Positions 61,327 through 64,000 of a DNA stretch of 64,000 nucleotides are shown in pieces. Position 1 is the first letter of the stretch. Every line of letters starts with the position of its first letter. The notes under the pieces were generated by a model that was not told the origin of the DNA, searched no databases, and saw only the letters and a program-made list of their open reading frames with translations. This DNA comes from Camelus dromedarius (taxonomy: Eukaryota), in NCBI RefSeq assembly GCF_036321535.1, contig NC_087439.1, forward strand, positions 18,848,001 through 18,912,000. The letters are read 5' to 3'. The translations under genes and the position numbers were made by a program.

Positions 61327-62095
61327 ATCAAAGAAACCTCTTTTTGCTATTTAGGTGCTAGATAGCAAATCTGCTGATGATCACAAGGTAGATAACAGAT
61401 GAGTGAGTAGTAGTTGCCCCTGGAGTGTGGCCTTTCTGGTAAGTACTAGCTGATCGCCTGCAGAGTGGGACTTCATGAAAGAGCAAGTGGCAGCCCTGGA
61501 GAGTGGCTTAAATAAACAAATAAACACTTTTATGTCACCCTACGAAGTAGGAGACAACCCGAATAATGCTTGTGACTGAATTTACTACTTTTAGGGTGGG
61601 GATTCACTGTTAGATTTACTTTTATCTTAAGGGAATATTTCTTGCATCCAAGGTTGTGCTGGAAAATTCCTGCCTTATACGCATTATCATGGTTAAGTCT
61701 CACAGCAATGCCAGGTGAAAATGATTAAACACATTTTGTAGGTAAAGCAACTGAAGCTAAGAGACACTAAAACTGTCACACCAATAGAGAGGGTAGGGCT
61801 AAGACGTGGCCACGTTTCTGCCTGACTCTAATCGGATTGCCTTACTGTATAGCTAGACTGCCGTCTTCAAGGAGGTCCAACCCACCGAGAATGATCTGCC
61901 CCTGCCCAGTTTCTGGTGGTACTTGCAATTCTACCTTCTTTGGATAAGTACCCCATGGGAGAGATAACACAAATGAATAGGAAGACAGAAGAAGAAGTGT
62001 GTAAAGATAAGAAAGTGGCTGGAGACAGTGGGGGTTCAGAAGAAATCATCCAACTGTTTCAGTTGTTAAAGAAGATGGTTGAGGGGGTGGACTGA

Positions 62096-62472
62096 TGTCT
62101 TAGTCAGTTTGGGCTGCTCTAACAAAGTACCATAGATGATGTGGGTGGCTTTCAAACAACAGACATTTTATTTCTCACAGTTCTGGAGGCTGGAAGCTCG
62201 AGATTAGGAGGCTAGCACAGTGGGGTTCTGGTGAAAGCACTGTTCTGTGCTGCGGACTGCTCACTGTATCCTCACACGACAGAGAGCAGAAGGAGGGTGC
62301 AGACTCTCCCCTGATTCTTATAAAGGCACTAATCCTGTTCCTGACGGTTCCACTCCATAACCTCATCTAATTTCAATTACCTCCCAAAGGCTCCGTCTCC
62401 TAATGCTATCACATTGAGGGACATGGCCTCAACATATGAATTTGGGGGGAATATAAATATTCAGTACATAAT
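62096..62472 (-). mobile_element. MaLR solo LTR (MLT1A/B-like)
   Basis: 'tgtcttagtcagtttgggctgctctaacaaagtaccatag' ... 'atatgaatttgggggg...attcagtacataa'. Confidence 0.88.
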
Positions 62473-62729
62473 GAGTGAACGAGAGTTCTTCCAGAGCCTC
62501 CACCAACCAGCAGGATGGCAGACCCGACAGGCTGCCACGGCATGAGAAGAGTCAGGACAGGCAGCACTGGGGATCCAGACTTGTCCCCCACTGGGTATAT
62601 CCTGGCTGCCCCGAACCTGGAGTGGATTTGTCCCATTGGTCTCATAATTCTTCCCTGGCTCTCTACCGCTTTGTGGTCCTATTTGAGTTATTGCAAATTC
62701 TTGATACCTTTGGTGATTGTCATGTCATC

Positions 62730-63202
62730 TATGTGATAGTTTGCATTATTGGCATTGATTCTTCACTCTTCCTTGTTTCTATACCCAGTGCCCTGTGAGT
62801 TTGCAGTTTCCCTTCCTAGAAGCAGAATTTCTTCTCATCCCATTGATATGGGCTTGGCCACAAGACTGGCCTCTGCCAATGGGATGTTATCAGATGTGAT
62901 GTGAACCAAAGCTTGAAATATGCCTTGAAATCGAGTTCATGCACTTGCACTGCAGCCATGGGCACAAGAAGAATATAATCCAGCTGGACCACTGTTCCAA
63001 GGTGGATTAGAGAAACAAGGAGATGACACAGACCCAGCCTTTTAGCAGTTTGAAACCCAGCCAAGCTGAGCCCAACCTAGGTGCGCTGATCCCCAGCTAA
63101 CCCACAGATACTTAAGTAAGAATAACTCATCACTGTTTTGAGCTACTTCATTTTGGGATGGCTTGTCATACAGCCTTACTGTGGCAAGGGCTGACTGATA
63201 CA
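62730..63202 (+). mobile_element. MaLR LTR (MLT1H/I-like)
   Basis: 'gggcttggccacaagactggcctctgccaatgg', 'cccagccaagctgagcccaacc', ending 'gctgactgataca'. Confidence 0.8.
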
Positions 63203-64000
63203 TCCTGTCTCTGTAATTGTCATGTCCACCCCTTCCACCACTGTCTCTACCATCATGGCTACATTAGTGTTTTGGGGTGACAGCAGCACTGGCAGGAGGT
63301 AGAGCCTCAGTTGCTAAGGCAGCTTCTAACCATAGAGCTGAATTCTTGAAGGGCACCATGAAGGACCAAGCCCCTCATAGCACCTCCAGACCCTGGAAGG
63401 GAAGGAGATGGGTCCTCTTCCTACCTTGCACAATGCTGTAACCACTCCCTCATGTAATCCCTCTGGAGTGGAGGGAAGGAGGGTCCCAGCTTCTACCTGA
63501 AGCCAGGTTTCCAAGGATGCACCTGCAGATCTAGAAACCCCCCTCACTCCACCTGTAGATTCAGTGTTTGCCCTGCTAGTTATGGACACAGACATCTGCA
63601 GCTTGAATTGAACCAGACAATTTAAGTGGTCCTCCATCCTTTCTACCTCCCTAATTACCCACATCCAAGCCTTCGCTTCAAGCATTCTTAAGGGGAATGG
63701 CATCATGGCAGAGAAGCTGTTTGGAGGCAGAAAAGAGGACCATCAATCTAAATCCCTATGACTTCAATAAGGAATAGCCAGCAAGGGTGGATACCAATGA
63801 TTTTCTCTGAATGATGGAGTTAAGGATTTTTTTTAAAAAACAACTTATTCACTCTTTGTGTTTTCTAAATCCTCCAAATTGGGTACTTTTTGAATCTGAA
63901 AAACAATAAACTCTAATAAAAAATAATGAAACAGCCCCCGCAGCTTTGAGTGAAGCCCTGAGGAGTGGGGTGAGGGGAGGGGGACAGAGTGGCTGTAACA

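Noticed and set aside
1-64000. CRISPR array, operon, rRNA, snRNA or a novel multi-gene system
   Set aside because: No regularly spaced repeat-spacer structure, no rRNA or snRNA motifs and no gene-dense organisation; the sequence is ordinary eutherian intronic or intergenic DNA.

Overview
Non-coding mammalian genomic DNA, most likely from a camelid (camel, alpaca or vicugna). The taxon is inferred from a tRNA-Ala-derived vic-1-type SINE and camelid-style L1 3' ends. I recognise no intact protein-coding exon, and the ORF track is explained by chance, repeats and one pseudogene. The only gene-derived sequence I can name is a decayed, full-length RPSA processed pseudogene on the minus strand (5527-6534) with a 14-bp target-site duplication. 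Much of the window is transposon-derived: L1 of several ages, L2, MIR, MaLR/ERVL/ERV1 LTRs, and hAT and Tigger MITEs. Six N-runs all lie inside repeats. Repeat subfamily names come from my recall of consensus sequences and need RepeatMasker/Dfam confirmation. I found no evidence of a novel multi-gene system. The observations most worth following up are retrotransposition-mechanism footprints (a solo poly(A) insertion, a twin-primed L1, an L1 nested in an L1, a microhomology deletion), two TE-poor blocks that may be regulatory, and several unconfirmed micro-exon candidates that could mean the window is intronic in a large gene.
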